From positions 1 through 37,048 of the forward strand of contig CAVSBT010000029.1 in assembly GCA_963726245.1 (NCBI GenBank): 37,048 nucleotides of DNA, in the 5' to 3' direction. Origin of the DNA: an uncultured Chloroflexia bacterium (GTDB taxonomy: Bacteria > Chloroflexota > Dehalococcoidia > DSTF01 > JALHUB01). Position numbers and translations under genes: made by a program. The notes under the pieces are model-generated. The model searched no databases. It saw only the letters and a program-made list of their open reading frames with translations, and had not been told where the DNA came from. Below are positions 28,048-37,048 of this stretch, piece by piece (position 1 is the stretch's first letter; each line of letters starts with the position of its first letter).

Positions 28048-30058
28048 CTACTCCACAAGGAGCACATCATCGACTAGACGCGCCGAGCTCCGCGGCCTCG
28101 TCCCCTGCTGCCGAGGTCGTCAAGTCCAGCGTTCCCTTGCGCACCCGCATCCGTACGTAGTACGGGCCCGGTTCCAGATTCCGGGGCACCAGCACGTAGT
28201 ACTCCTCCTTCACGATCTCGCCCGTGCCCCACTGGCTCGTCGGGTAGAGGCCCCCACCCAACTCATGGCTCTGCCACCACAAAGGAAAGCCGTATCTGAC
28301 CCGCAAAGTCCCATCCTGGTTGGTGAAGAAGACGGTGGCCTGCAAGTCTTCCTCGGCCGGAGTCTCCAGGCGCCAGTAGTACGACACCTGAAGGACATCA
28401 CCTCGCTTGACCACCTTGGGGTCGGTCGGAAACCAACGAGGGTTACCGCGTCACCGAAAGGCATGTCGAGTTGCGCGGAGGATGGAACCTCTTCGACGGA
28501 CAGCGTCGGCGGGTCTTGAAGGACGCGGTAGAACGACCCGCTCGGCACCAGGTCGTCCTTGTATTCGGGCTTGGGGAGCACGTTCGTGAGCATGGTCTCG
28601 ATCCTGTTCAGAACGACAGGCTGGACGTAGTACTCGTCTCGGATAGCGTCCAGGTCGTCTCGCAGGCCTTCCGCCACGTACACAGGCCGGCCCTTCTCGA
28701 ACTGGCCGGCGATGAAGGCGCCCACGTCTTCGCCCGGGGCGGAAAGGACAGGCGAGACGAACACGTCGCGCCGGTAGCCCTCCACAAGCTGCACATACCA
28801 CAGGGGAGAGGCCGTCCAGCTATCGGTGACGATGGTGGAGTTGGGCTCGACCCGTTCGAGCGTCGTGCGGGCGAAGTCGTAGGCGCTGTAGTCATGGCTT
28901 CGGTCCACGACGGGCAGGCTGCGCGCGAAGAGCACGAGCGGTAGAGATGCCAGGACGAGAGCCGCCAGCGACCAGCGCAGCCCTGGTCGCACCACGCTCA
29001 ACTGGGACGCTCCGAGGCCGGCCCGGCGGGTAACAAAGGAGAGGATCGCATCGGCCCCGTAGCCGATCCAGACCCCCACCATCAGATAGGCGGGGATGAA
29101 GTAGTTGAAGACGTTGTGGATCATGTAGGTGAGGACGAGGAGTCCAATGGAGGCGCAGAGCAAGAGGCTGTAGGCGGCGAACAGCCGGTCGCGCTTGAGG
29201 GCGGAGACGAGGCCGATGGCCGCCAGGATGAGCCCGAAGGCCGTCACCTCATGCAGGGGGAACAGCGCCAAGATGTCCAGCCGGCCCAGGAACGCGAAGT
29301 TCCAGTATTCACTCCCGCTGTCCCCGGTGAGGAACATGCGCCAGTAGGTATTGAGATTGGCAGGCTGGGCCCAACTCAGCGGCTGGCTCCTGGGAGCCGC
29401 GGATCGGCAGGTACAGGTAGACGGAGAGCCCCAGCAGGAAGAGAAGGGCGAGTTGCAGCCAGTGGCCAGTGCTGAGGCGCCTTCGGCCGGCCCACAGGAA
29501 CAGGAGGATGCCCGGCGCGAGCAGGACAATGAGGCGGTGGTTGCCGATGCTGAGGCCGAAGGCCAGAAGGGCCAGACGGACATACCAGACCTGACCCGTC
29601 GTCCGCCAGCGGAGCAACAGCCACGTGATGAGGGCCGTCGAGAAGGCGTTCAGGGGATAGGAATCCGCCCAGTTGGCACTGGCCCAGAGAGTCGAGGAGA
29701 AGGCCACCGTGAGCGCGCCGATGAGAGCTGCCGCTCGATTTCGAGTGAGCTCAGCGATGATGAGGAAGACGAACGCCACCGTAAGCGAGGCGAAGACGGC
29801 CGACATGAGGTTGACCCGATAGGCGACGTCGCCGATGGGGAAGAGGGTGAACAGCTTGCCTAGCAGGATGTAGAGAGGGTAACCGGTGTTATGGGCAATA
29901 CCCAGTACGTATGAGGCTGTCGTGAGCTCCCCCATGTCGTACCACATGACGGTGGGGGCCAGCGTGCGCAGGTAGACGACGAACGCCGCCAGCCCGGCCA
30001 GGGCCGCACACACGCGGGAGTCCAGCGCAACCGCCGACCTGAGTAGGCGCTGAGCCAT
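28048..30058 (-). CDS. DUF2723 / TMEM260-like GT-C glycosyltransferase (~670 aa), apparent frameshifts (~29395, ~28425, ~28075)
   Basis: YLRTLAPTVMWYDMGELTTASYVLGIAHNTGYPLY, YRVNLMSA, GNH, YLYLPIR, many TM helices, PLWYVQLVEGYRRDV, C-terminal YW...YPTSQW..GEIV...PGPY domain. Confidence 0.82.
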
Positions 30059-30067
30059 GCCTGCCCC

Positions 30068-31177
30068 TCACGAGACCGCACGAAGTTGCGGCCTCGGCCC
30101 CGTCGTCAGCAGCCTTCCCAGCTCCTCGGCGTTGGCGCATCGGGCCAGGGCGTCATCCTCAGTGATGATGCCCCTCTGGCAGAGGCTCGCCAGGGCCTGG
30201 TCCAGGGTCTGCATGCCGTACTGGGAGCCGGTCTGGATGACGTTGAGGATCTGGAAGGTCTTGCCCTCTCGGATGAGGTTCCTGATAGCCGGCGTCGCCA
30301 CCATCACCTCGACAGCCGCCGCCCGGCCCGATCTGTCGGCCCGTGGCACCAGCGTCTGGCAGAGGACCGCCTCCAGGACCTGCGAAAGTTGAACCTTCAC
30401 CTGCTGCTGCTGGTGCGGCGGGAAGGAGTCGATGATGCGGTCGATGGTCTGGGCCGCGCTGGGCGTATGCAGCGTAGCCAGCACCAGGTGGCCGGTCTCG
30501 GCGGCGGTCAGGGCCAGGGCTATCGTCTCCAGGTCCCTCATCTCGCCCACCATGATCACGTCGGGGTCCTGGCGCAGCGCATGCTTCAGGGCAGCGGCGA
30601 ACGAGGTGGTGTCCGCTCCCAGCTCCCGCTGTGAGATCAGGCACCGTTTGTCCTCATGGACGAACTCGATTGGGTCCTCGATGGTCACAATGTGTCGCCG
30701 CTCCCGCTCGTTGAGGTAGCCGATCATGGCGGCCAGCGTCGTCGACTTGCCGCTGCCGCTGGGCCCCGTCACCAGCACCAGCCCTCTCGGCTTCAGCACC
30801 AGCGAGCGGCAGATTTCGGGCAGGCCCAACTCCTCCAGCGTCGGAATAGTGGAGGAGATCAGTCGGAAGGCCAGCGTGATGCTGCCGCGTTGCAGGGCAG
30901 CGTTCACCCGGAAACGGCCTATCCCCTGGGCACTGTAGGAGAAGTCAAGCTCCTTCGCCCGGTCGAAGAGCGCCTGCTGCTCCGCAGTCGCTATCTGGCT
31001 CAAGGCTCCCCTCATGGCTTCGGCGGTCAGCCGTGGCAACTCCTGGGGCGCCAGGTCACCGTGGATGCGCAGGACGGGTGGGGAGCCCGCCTTCATGTGC
31101 AGGTCGGAGGCGCGAGCCTCCACCATCCGGCGCAGCAGATCATCCACGTTCAGTGCGTTATCACCCCTGGATACCAT
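30068..31177 (-). CDS. pilT: Type IV pilus retraction ATPase PilT
   Basis: ASDLHM, RFRVNA, Walker A GPSGSGKST, TIEDPIE, LRQDPDVIMVGEMRD, TGHLVLATLHT, AIRNLIRE, GMQT; likely start ATG 31177 rather than 31717. Confidence 0.95.
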   Translation of the reverse strand: MVSRGDNALNVDDLLRRMVEARASDLHMKAGSPPVLRIHGDLAPQELPRLTAEAMRGALSQIATAEQQALFDRAKELDFSYSAQGIGRFRVNAALQRGSITLAFRLISSTIPTLEELGLPEICRSLVLKPRGLVLVTGPSGSGKSTTLAAMIGYLNERERRHIVTIEDPIEFVHEDKRCLISQRELGADTTSFAAALKHALRQDPDVIMVGEMRDLETIALALTAAETGHLVLATLHTPSAAQTIDRIIDSFPPHQQQQVKVQLSQVLEAVLCQTLVPRADRSGRAAAVEVMVATPAIRNLIREGKTFQILNVIQTGSQYGMQTLDQALASLCQRGIITEDDALARCANAEELGRLLTTGPRPQLRAVS

Positions 31178-31896
31178 CGCAGGATCTCCTCCCCGTAGAG
31201 CAGGGCGACCATACCGCCCACGGCCAGAAACGGCGCAAACGGGAGGGCGTCCTTCATCCCTATTCGTCTCGCCAGCACAGCGGCCGCGCCGACGGCTCCC
31301 CCGAGAACAAAGGAGAAGAAGAGGGCCAGCAGGACCAGCGGGAAGCCGACCACCAGGCCGATGAGGGCGGCCAGCTTCACATCTCCCAGCCCCATCCCCC
31401 CTGGATAGACGAGGACGATCAGTGACAGTAGCGCAAGGCCTACAGCCCCACCCCAGAGGGCCTGGGATGGGCCTGGACCCACTGCGAAGGGTATCGCCAG
31501 GAGAGCGGCACCTATGGCGGGGTACACCAGCCGGTTTGGGATCAGACGGTGTTCGAGATCGATGACGAGAGCGACGATGAAGACGCACGCCACCAGGGCG
31601 ACGAAGACGAAGTGGGGTGACACACCGTACCGAACCCAGAGCAGCAAGAACAGCAGGCCGGAGCCGGCCTCGATCAGGAGGACTCGCAGCGGGATCGGCG
31701 CAGAGCAGTAGCGGCACCTTCCCCGCAGGAGCAGGTAGCTCAGCACCGGCACAAGGTCGCGGGCGGCAAGCGGCGTCTGGCAGGCGGGGCAGTGGGAGCG
31801 GGGCCGCAGGAGCGACCGCCCATCCGGCAGACGATTGATGCAGACGTTAAGGAAGCTCCCAATGGCCAGGCCCAGTAGAACCACAAGCACAGCCAT
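31150..31896 (-). CDS. pilD: Prepilin peptidase (A24A)
   Basis: GSFLNVCINRLP, SHCPAC, GRCRYC, IDLEH, GMGLGDVKL, PFAPFL. Confidence 0.94.
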   Translation of the reverse strand: MAVLVVLLGLAIGSFLNVCINRLPDGRSLLRPRSHCPACQTPLAARDLVPVLSYLLLRGRCRYCSAPIPLRVLLIEAGSGLLFLLLWVRYGVSPHFVFVALVACVFIVALVIDLEHRLIPNRLVYPAIGAALLAIPFAVGPGPSQALWGGAVGLALLSLIVLVYPGGMGLGDVKLAALIGLVVGFPLVLLALFFSFVLGGAVGAAAVLARRIGMKDALPFAPFLAVGGMVALLYGEEILRWYPGVITH

Positions 31897-31907
31897 GGAG
31901 CTGACCC

Positions 31908-32492
31908 CTACTGCGTCACCTCAATGGTGAAGGCCACCCCGCTACCTCCCTGCTGACCGCTCGCAATCGCCATGGAGGTGATTCGAGTCTGAGAGTACCT
32001 GCCGCTTGCGGCGAGGGCTCCGTAGTACCCCAGGACGTCCGCCGGTTGGCCCGCCTGGCCCGTCAGTGTGAATCGACCGTCACCGGCGGTGATCGACGCG
32101 ATATGGGTGCCCGGAGGCAAGGCCAGCATGGCGTCGGAGAGGTCTGCCGAGAGCTCTTGACTGTCACCGAGTATTGCCTGTCGCTCTTCACCCAGACGGG
32201 CGGTGGAGGCCTCAGTAGCGTCGATCTGCCCCCGGATATCCCTTGCCCTGCCGAAGTCGATCTCAATGTCCGTCAGCTCCTTCTTGATGAGATCCAGTTC
32301 GGCACCCAGGCGCGCCGACTCCGCACTATCAGCCCGTTCGACCGCATGCAGCGGGATCAGGAGCAGGCCGAGGAGGAGGACGGCGACGAGGCCCAGGACG
32401 TACCAGGGAGGATACCGCAGTGGGCGCAGCTCCTCCGGCAGGACATTGAGATCGACGAACACAGGCGGCCCTAGCGTTGCACCCTGCTGCAT
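31908..32492 (-). CDS. pilN: PilN-like pilus alignment protein
   Basis: DLNVLPEE motif, single TM, coiled coil, LPPG..I.SI...LTGQA, C-terminal FTI; follows pilM. Confidence 0.75.
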   Translation of the reverse strand: MQQGATLGPPVFVDLNVLPEELRPLRYPPWYVLGLVAVLLLGLLLIPLHAVERADSAESARLGAELDLIKKELTDIEIDFGRARDIRGQIDATEASTARLGEERQAILGDSQELSADLSDAMLALPPGTHIASITAGDGRFTLTGQAGQPADVLGYYGALAASGRYSQTRITSMAIASGQQGGSGVAFTIEVTQ

Positions 32493-32497
32493 GTCTG

Positions 32498-33409
32498 TCA
32501 GGCCTCCTTCAGCGCAAGCCCTATGTTCACCATGAACGTCGCCACCGGCAGGTCAGGGGGGCACTCCAGCGGCGGTGACAACGGCTCGACCGGGTAGTCA
32601 ACTGATGCCTCAACGACGCCCGACGAAGCCACTTCCTCCGCCAGGGAGCCCGTCAGGCACACAGGGGTCGACGGCGGAAGCGGATCCTCCCGATGCGTAT
32701 CGCTGTAGAACTTTACGGTGCGCGCCAGTTCCTCTCCCAGGCGGCGGACCTTGTATTCGACTTCGCTGAATTCGTATCTTAGGCTGACCGTCCGAATAGT
32801 GTCCGGGATGGCCTCGCGGACCACGATGACGTCGATGCTCTCCGGCTCGAGGTCTGCGATCAAGGCATGGGGCTTGCCAACTGCCCTCACCAGAGCGAGT
32901 GGCTTGATATCCATGGAGTGCGCCTTCCTGCCGGCGAGCTTGATCGCCTCCACTTGTGGACCGAGGATATCTCGCGGCACACCAAGGGCGAAGACACGAA
33001 GATGGCCGTTCTCCGCACCGATGACCTGCCATGAGACGTACATCTCATCGAGCGACACGGGCATCTCCCGCTTCATCTCCCGCGGGATCGCCTCCCGCAA
33101 GAGCTGCGCATTCATCTGCGGGAATTTGAGGATGCGGTGCACGGACCGCTGACCCGTCAGGCTGGCGACGAGCTTCCCATTCCTGACATGGTGTGAGGCC
33201 AGCAGGGATCTGATGTGCATCCCAACCGCCTGCGGGTCGACGACGACACCGTCGGCCACCAGGTCGGGCTCCAGCGGCTCGATTCCCCAGTCTGTGACGC
33301 GCCTACCCTTGGCTACAAGAAGACGCACGCTGCCGCCTTCGATGCCCAAGGTGGTGACGGGCTGAGAGAAGAGCCGTATTGCGGTCAAGTTGAGTACGGG
33401 CGCTTTCAT
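32498..33409 (-). CDS. pilM: PilM-like actin-fold pilus assembly protein
   Basis: TLGIEGGSVRLL, DGVVVDP, MPVSLDEMYVSWQ, MDIKPLALVRA, LTG, VNIGLALKE. Confidence 0.85.
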   Translation of the reverse strand: MKAPVLNLTAIRLFSQPVTTLGIEGGSVRLLVAKGRRVTDWGIEPLEPDLVADGVVVDPQAVGMHIRSLLASHHVRNGKLVASLTGQRSVHRILKFPQMNAQLLREAIPREMKREMPVSLDEMYVSWQVIGAENGHLRVFALGVPRDILGPQVEAIKLAGRKAHSMDIKPLALVRAVGKPHALIADLEPESIDVIVVREAIPDTIRTVSLRYEFSEVEYKVRRLGEELARTVKFYSDTHREDPLPPSTPVCLTGSLAEEVASSGVVEASVDYPVEPLSPPLECPPDLPVATFMVNIGLALKEA

Positions 33410-33411
33410 CG

Positions 33412-34098
33412 CTAACCCCCGTTTCGTGAAGCGCCTTTGTCATCGCCGGTGGTCGCAGGCGCCGGGCCCGATGGGCTCTGGGTAGTCTCGGGCCCAGAGG
33501 CTTGATCGGCGGCTGGCCGGGCATAGGCCAGGACTTCGAGCTTCAGGGTGTACCCTCCGGCCGACTCCTGGAGGGAGAGGCTCTTTATCCGGAAGGCGCC
33601 CGCGTCCTCGCTCTCAAGGCCCCCGAGAAAAGCGATCAGTGGTCCCAAGCCGCCCTCGATGTCGAAGGTGGCGCTGAGGACGCTGTATGTGCTTTCCCCC
33701 TGGGTTTGAACGGCGGGTGGCTTGGTACTCGCACTAAGCACTCGCACCTGGCTCTGATTCGCGTGAGCCAGGACCGTCTCCACGATAACGCTGCTATCGA
33801 GTTCGCTCGGGAAGGCCCTCTGGGCGAGGGCCAACTCCTGCTGGGCGGCCTGAAGGCGAGCCTGCAAGTCCGCCAGCTCCTGCCGCGAAGTCTCCGCAGC
33901 CGCCAGCACTCCTTCGCCCAGGCCGACCTGCGATGACAGGGCATCCTTGTCCTGCCGATGCCGGACGAAGGAGACGCCCAGCGCGACGTAGGCGATCACC
34001 ACGACGCCGGAGAGGGCGAGGAGCAGCGTGAGCGGTGTTAGCTTCACCCGGGCACGGATCTTTTGAAGCGACAAGTTCGACCTCACTCCCTCAATCAA
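33412..34098 (-). CDS. PilO-like membrane-anchored pilus protein
   Basis: One TM, coiled coil, FPSELD, then a ferredoxin-like pattern (F.IEG....LIAFL..LE); adjacent to pilM/pilN. Confidence 0.6.
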   Translation of the reverse strand: MIEGVRSNLSLQKIRARVKLTPLTLLLALSGVVVIAYVALGVSFVRHRQDKDALSSQVGLGEGVLAAAETSRQELADLQARLQAAQQELALAQRAFPSELDSSVIVETVLAHANQSQVRVLSASTKPPAVQTQGESTYSVLSATFDIEGGLGPLIAFLGGLESEDAGAFRIKSLSLQESAGGYTLKLEVLAYARPAADQASGPETTQSPSGPAPATTGDDKGASRNGG

Positions 34099-34868
34099 GC
34101 TGCCATGAGATGACCTTCACGGCGTTAGGGCTGGCGGCCGCCCTCACGGTGATGGACCGCCCATCCCTCTCTGACCGCAGGTCATAGCTGGCAACGGGAT
34201 AGTTGATCGTCAGCGTCTTCCAGCCTCCCGGGGGCGTCTCCACCAGCACCTGATAGGAGCCCGCTGACTGGCCCGGGAATTCCACCGTATAGGGAGGAGA
34301 GGTGCCGCCAAGAGGGGGCCCGCCGGGGTTCACGCAAGGGGCCGAGTCAGAGAGCAGGGTGACCCACACGTCGCCGGCATCGGCGGGGTCGACCACCACG
34401 AAGATGGAGCCGCTCGGCGGTGGATGTAACAGCGTAGCACTTGGCGCCGTCTGGTGGCTGCCAGTCGGGCGTGATCGTCTCAGAGGCGCCGGCGTCGGAG
34501 ACGGAGCAGATCTCCGTCGTCGGGAAGCTGTCGCCGTTGATGGAGGATGGAGTCGGCTCAAGCGGCGTCCCCGTGTAGGTTGGGCAGGCGCTCGCCGTCG
34601 GGAGGGTGGGGTTGTTCTTCAGCCGCCAGAGCCCCCACTCGATGCCGGCCTCGGCTGAGTAGTAGCCTGCGATGTTCTCATCGGTCCGGCGGCCCGCCAG
34701 GAGATTCGCGCTGACGTCAGCGAGGAACGGGGAGACCAGCAGGGTGCCGACGGCGAGGGCGACCAGGGCCAGCGGAAGCGCCTGCCCACCCTCCGCGAGA
34801 AGCGGGTACAGCCACCGAGCTCTGCTGCCCGAAGTGATTCTCGTCGACAACCGCCTGATCACCAGCAC
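34091..34868 (-). CDS. PilX/Tad-like minor pilin, one apparent frameshift (~34412)
   Basis: GGAGG RBS; EGG|QALPLALVALAVG class III-like signal; AGYYSAEAGIEWGL PilX-type motif; C-terminal VISWQ. Confidence 0.72.
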
Positions 34869-34877
34869 TGACCTCCC

Positions 34878-36793
34878 CTACGGCCCGTAGTACACCCTCA
34901 CCGGCACCCAGTCCAGGTAGAAGTCGCGGGTGCTGATGGTGCTGTTCGAAGTCAGGCGCACCCGGAAGTTGGCGTCGCTGAGCTGCGCGACCGTCCAGGC
35001 TCCTCCCCCACAGGTCAGCACTGCCGCCGAGAACCGCCGTGTGGAATGCGGGCAGGATGGTCTCCGTGCTGTCCGTCTTCGTCGCCGTCCAAGAGGTGCC
35101 GGTGTTCCAGGAGAGCGCCGCCCTCATGCTGTTGGTGCCCGAGGCGCTGTCCAGCCTCCAGTCGAGGTCCACCTCGATGCCCTTGATGGAGCAGCCCGAT
35201 GGGATGGAGATGCCGTAGTTGTAGTAGCGGTGGCGGTCGCGCGGCGCCATCGATGTTGAGGCGTAGCCGCCGCCGTCAGCGTAGGCATCGGTGGGGTTGA
35301 CCTCGAAGCCGTTGCCATCGCCGCCGCGTGTCGGCGGCTTGGCGCGACGGGTTCAGGTAGCCGGTATCGCCGGCGGTACAGGTCGGGTGGCGTTGCCGTC
35401 GGCGTAGGTGGCGTGGGTCGGCGTGTTGGTAGGCGTGGGCGTCGGAGTTGGTAGGCGTGGGAGGAGGACCGTAGTACACGTTGATCGGCACCCAGTCCAG
35501 GTAGAAGTCGCGAGGCGCTGGCGGTGCTGTTCGAAGTCAGGCGCACCCGGAAGTTCCCGTCGCTGAGCTCCGCAGCCGTCCAGCTCCTCCCCACGTGTCG
35601 GCACTGCCGCCGAGAACCGCTGTGTGGACTCCGAGGCAGGTACGGTCTCTGTGCTGTCCGTCTTCGTCGCCGTCCAGGAGGCGCCGCCGTCCCACGACAG
35701 CTCTACGCTCATGCTGTTGGTGCCGGAGGTGCTGTCCAGCGTCCAGTCGAGGTCCACCTCGATGCCGCTGATGGAGCAGCCGCCGGGCACGGAGATGCCG
35801 TAGTTGTAGTAGCGGTGGCGGTCAGCGGCGCCATTTATGTTGGAGGCGTAGCCGCCGCCGTCGGCGTAGGCATTGGTGGGGGTGACCTCGAAGCCGTTGC
35901 CGTCGCCGCCGGTGTCCGCCTCGTTGGCGGACGGGTTCCGGTAGCCAGTGCTGCCGACGACACAGGCCGGCGTTGCCGTTGCCGTCGGTGTTGCCGTGTT
36001 AGTCGGCGTCGGCGTGTTGGTAGGCGTTGGCGTCGGCGTGTTGGTAGGGTGCGTCGGCGTCGGCGTGTTGGTGGGCGTTGGCGTCGGTGTGTGTAGGTGT
36101 CGGCGTGGGCGTTGCGTCGCCGTGTTGGTGGGCGTTGGCGTCGCCGTGTTGGTGGGCGTTGGCGTCCGTGTGTTGGTAGGCGTCGGGGTCCGCGTGCTGG
36201 TAGGCGTGGGCGTCGGCGTGTTGGTGGGCGTCGGACGTCGGCGTGTCGGTGGGCGTAGGCGTCGGCGTAACGGTCGGAGTTTGCGTAGGGAAGGGAGTGG
36301 ACATCACCCCGAAGGGCCGCATGTAGACGGTCTCAGTTCGGGTCTGGGTGACCGCTCCCTTCACCGACGCAATGCTCACGGTAAGGAGATTGCCGCTCTT
36401 GGAGGCGCTGAACCCCAAAGCCGCCAGGTTGCGGGCCACCGTCTGACTCGATGGCGTCCCGTCGACCGTCAGAGCGCGCACCAGCTCAGTGCCGGACTGC
36501 GTGTACGAGCTCTGGTAGGTGGCGCCGCCGCCGGCGGCATCCGCCCACTGGAGCGTGACGCCAGAAGGAACCACTGTCGCAAGCTCCGGCACCGCCATCT
36601 GCGCATCCCGGTTGATCCACTCAAAGGCGGTGTCGTGGTCGTGCAGCACCGCCAGCCTATCGTGGCCGTGACTGGTCACGCTGAAGAACTGGAAGAGAAC
36701 CGTCGAGAGGAGACCAAAGACGACTGAGGCCACTGCCAAGGTCACCAGCAGTTCGACCAGGGTGAAGCCCAGCTCGCCTCTCTTCGCTCTCAT
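34878..36793 (-). CDS. Type IV prepilin-like protein (PilW-like head) with Pro/Thr stalk and two tandem C-terminal beta-rich domains, ~640 aa, several apparent frameshifts
   Basis: ELG|FTLVELLV cleavage motif; WINRDAQMA; (PTNTPT)n; domain GY.NPS...[18 protein letters not shown]...[11 protein letters not shown]...GIEVDLDW...LSW...[12 protein letters not shown] present twice; TAG at 34878-34880. Confidence 0.75.
34881..35950. repeat. Direct duplication of a ~480-490 bp domain-coding unit (copies ~34881-35370 and ~35467-35950)
   Basis: Identical blocks such as CGGCACCCAGTCCAGGTAGAAGTCGCG (34902-34928 and 35486-35512), GCTGTTCGAAGTCAGGCGCACCCGGAAGTT and GGAGATGCCGTAGTTGTAGTAGCGGTGGCGGTC occur in both copies. 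Confidence 0.9.
35968..36295. repeat. Low-complexity tandem repeat encoding a Pro/Thr linker
   Basis: Recurrent GGCGTTGGCGTCGGCGTGTTGGT-like units, reading [16 protein letters not shown] on the minus strand; a shorter linker lies at ~35385-35465. Confidence 0.88.
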
Positions 36794-37048
36794 CGGTCCA
36801 CCTTGAAGTCCTCAACCGTCAACAGCGTCTCGCCGTTTCTCGTGACGGTGACGGTGATCTTCTGGATGGTGGAGGGGTCGGTGTCGGGGATGGAGGCGGC
36901 CTCTGGGACAGAGGCGGCCTCCGCCGAAACGGTGTATCCCACCGGCGGGGTCACCGTGGCGTAGGCGGCGGGGGCCTGGAGGTACGCCTGGCTCCTGGTG
37001 TATTCGAGCTGAGAGCGGGCCAGGTTCGCCGCCGTCACCTGCCCATCC
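36790..37048 (-). CDS. PilV-like minor pilin, 5' end outside window
   Basis: AANLARSQLEY..SQ.Y...PVGY...IQKITVTV..NG...EDFKVDR; stop overlaps the next ATG (ATGA). Confidence 0.65.
   Translation of the reverse strand, partial: DGQVTAANLARSQLEYTRSQAYLQAPAAYATVTPPVGYTVSAEAASVPEAASIPDTDPSTIQKITVTVTRNGETLLTVEDFKVDR

Noticed and set aside
27978-28053. Functional tRNA or tmRNA gene
   Set aside because: No 5' acceptor strand or D-arm, and the anticodon and T stems are mismatched; the upstream sequence is the end of the glycosyltransferase gene.
31178-31717. Long N-terminal extension on PilT (549-aa ORF); likewise the 581-aa version of FlxC
   Set aside because: The extensions are alternative frames of the upstream genes (pilD; hdrA/flxD); family homology starts at 31177 and 18749.
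35968-36295. Tandem repeats as a CRISPR array
   Set aside because: Units are degenerate codon-level repeats with no unique spacers, lie inside a pilin ORF encoding Pro/Thr, and no cas genes are present.
1-37048. Transposase, integrase, prophage or defence genes
   Set aside because: None recognised; nearly all coding space is explained by the listed genes.

Overview
GC-rich bacterial window, most likely Chloroflexota. The pilin style, pilO-pilM-pilN order and GT-C C-terminal domain suggest Dehalococcoidia (inference). Many genes are split by single-base frameshifts, most simply explained as long-read indel errors. From left to right: an RND (AcrB-family) transporter with a divergent TetR regulator and a visible promoter and two operators; a beta-CASP RNase and a LOG-family gene; a Mg2+ P-type ATPase (MgtA); and a two-gene unit of a thioester-less alpha-2-macroglobulin plus an exported MEMO1-fold protein. 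Next is an ~12 kb redox operon on the minus strand: stand-alone FMN glutamate-synthase-family protein, small ferredoxin, AOR-fold protein with its catalytic and tungstopterin motifs eroded, BamC-like Fe-S protein, then hdrCBA-flxDCBA. After it come a decayed tRNA-Lys(CTT) 3' fragment and a type IV pilus cluster (minor pilins, one with a Pro/Thr stalk and two tandem beta-domains; pilO/M/N, pilD, pilT) ending in a DUF2723/TMEM260-like glycosyltransferase. The best candidate for an undescribed system is the redox operon. It mirrors the class II benzoyl-CoA reductase architecture but has a probable pseudo-enzyme AOR subunit and an FMN enzyme of unknown function. No database searches were run; family calls come from recognised motifs.
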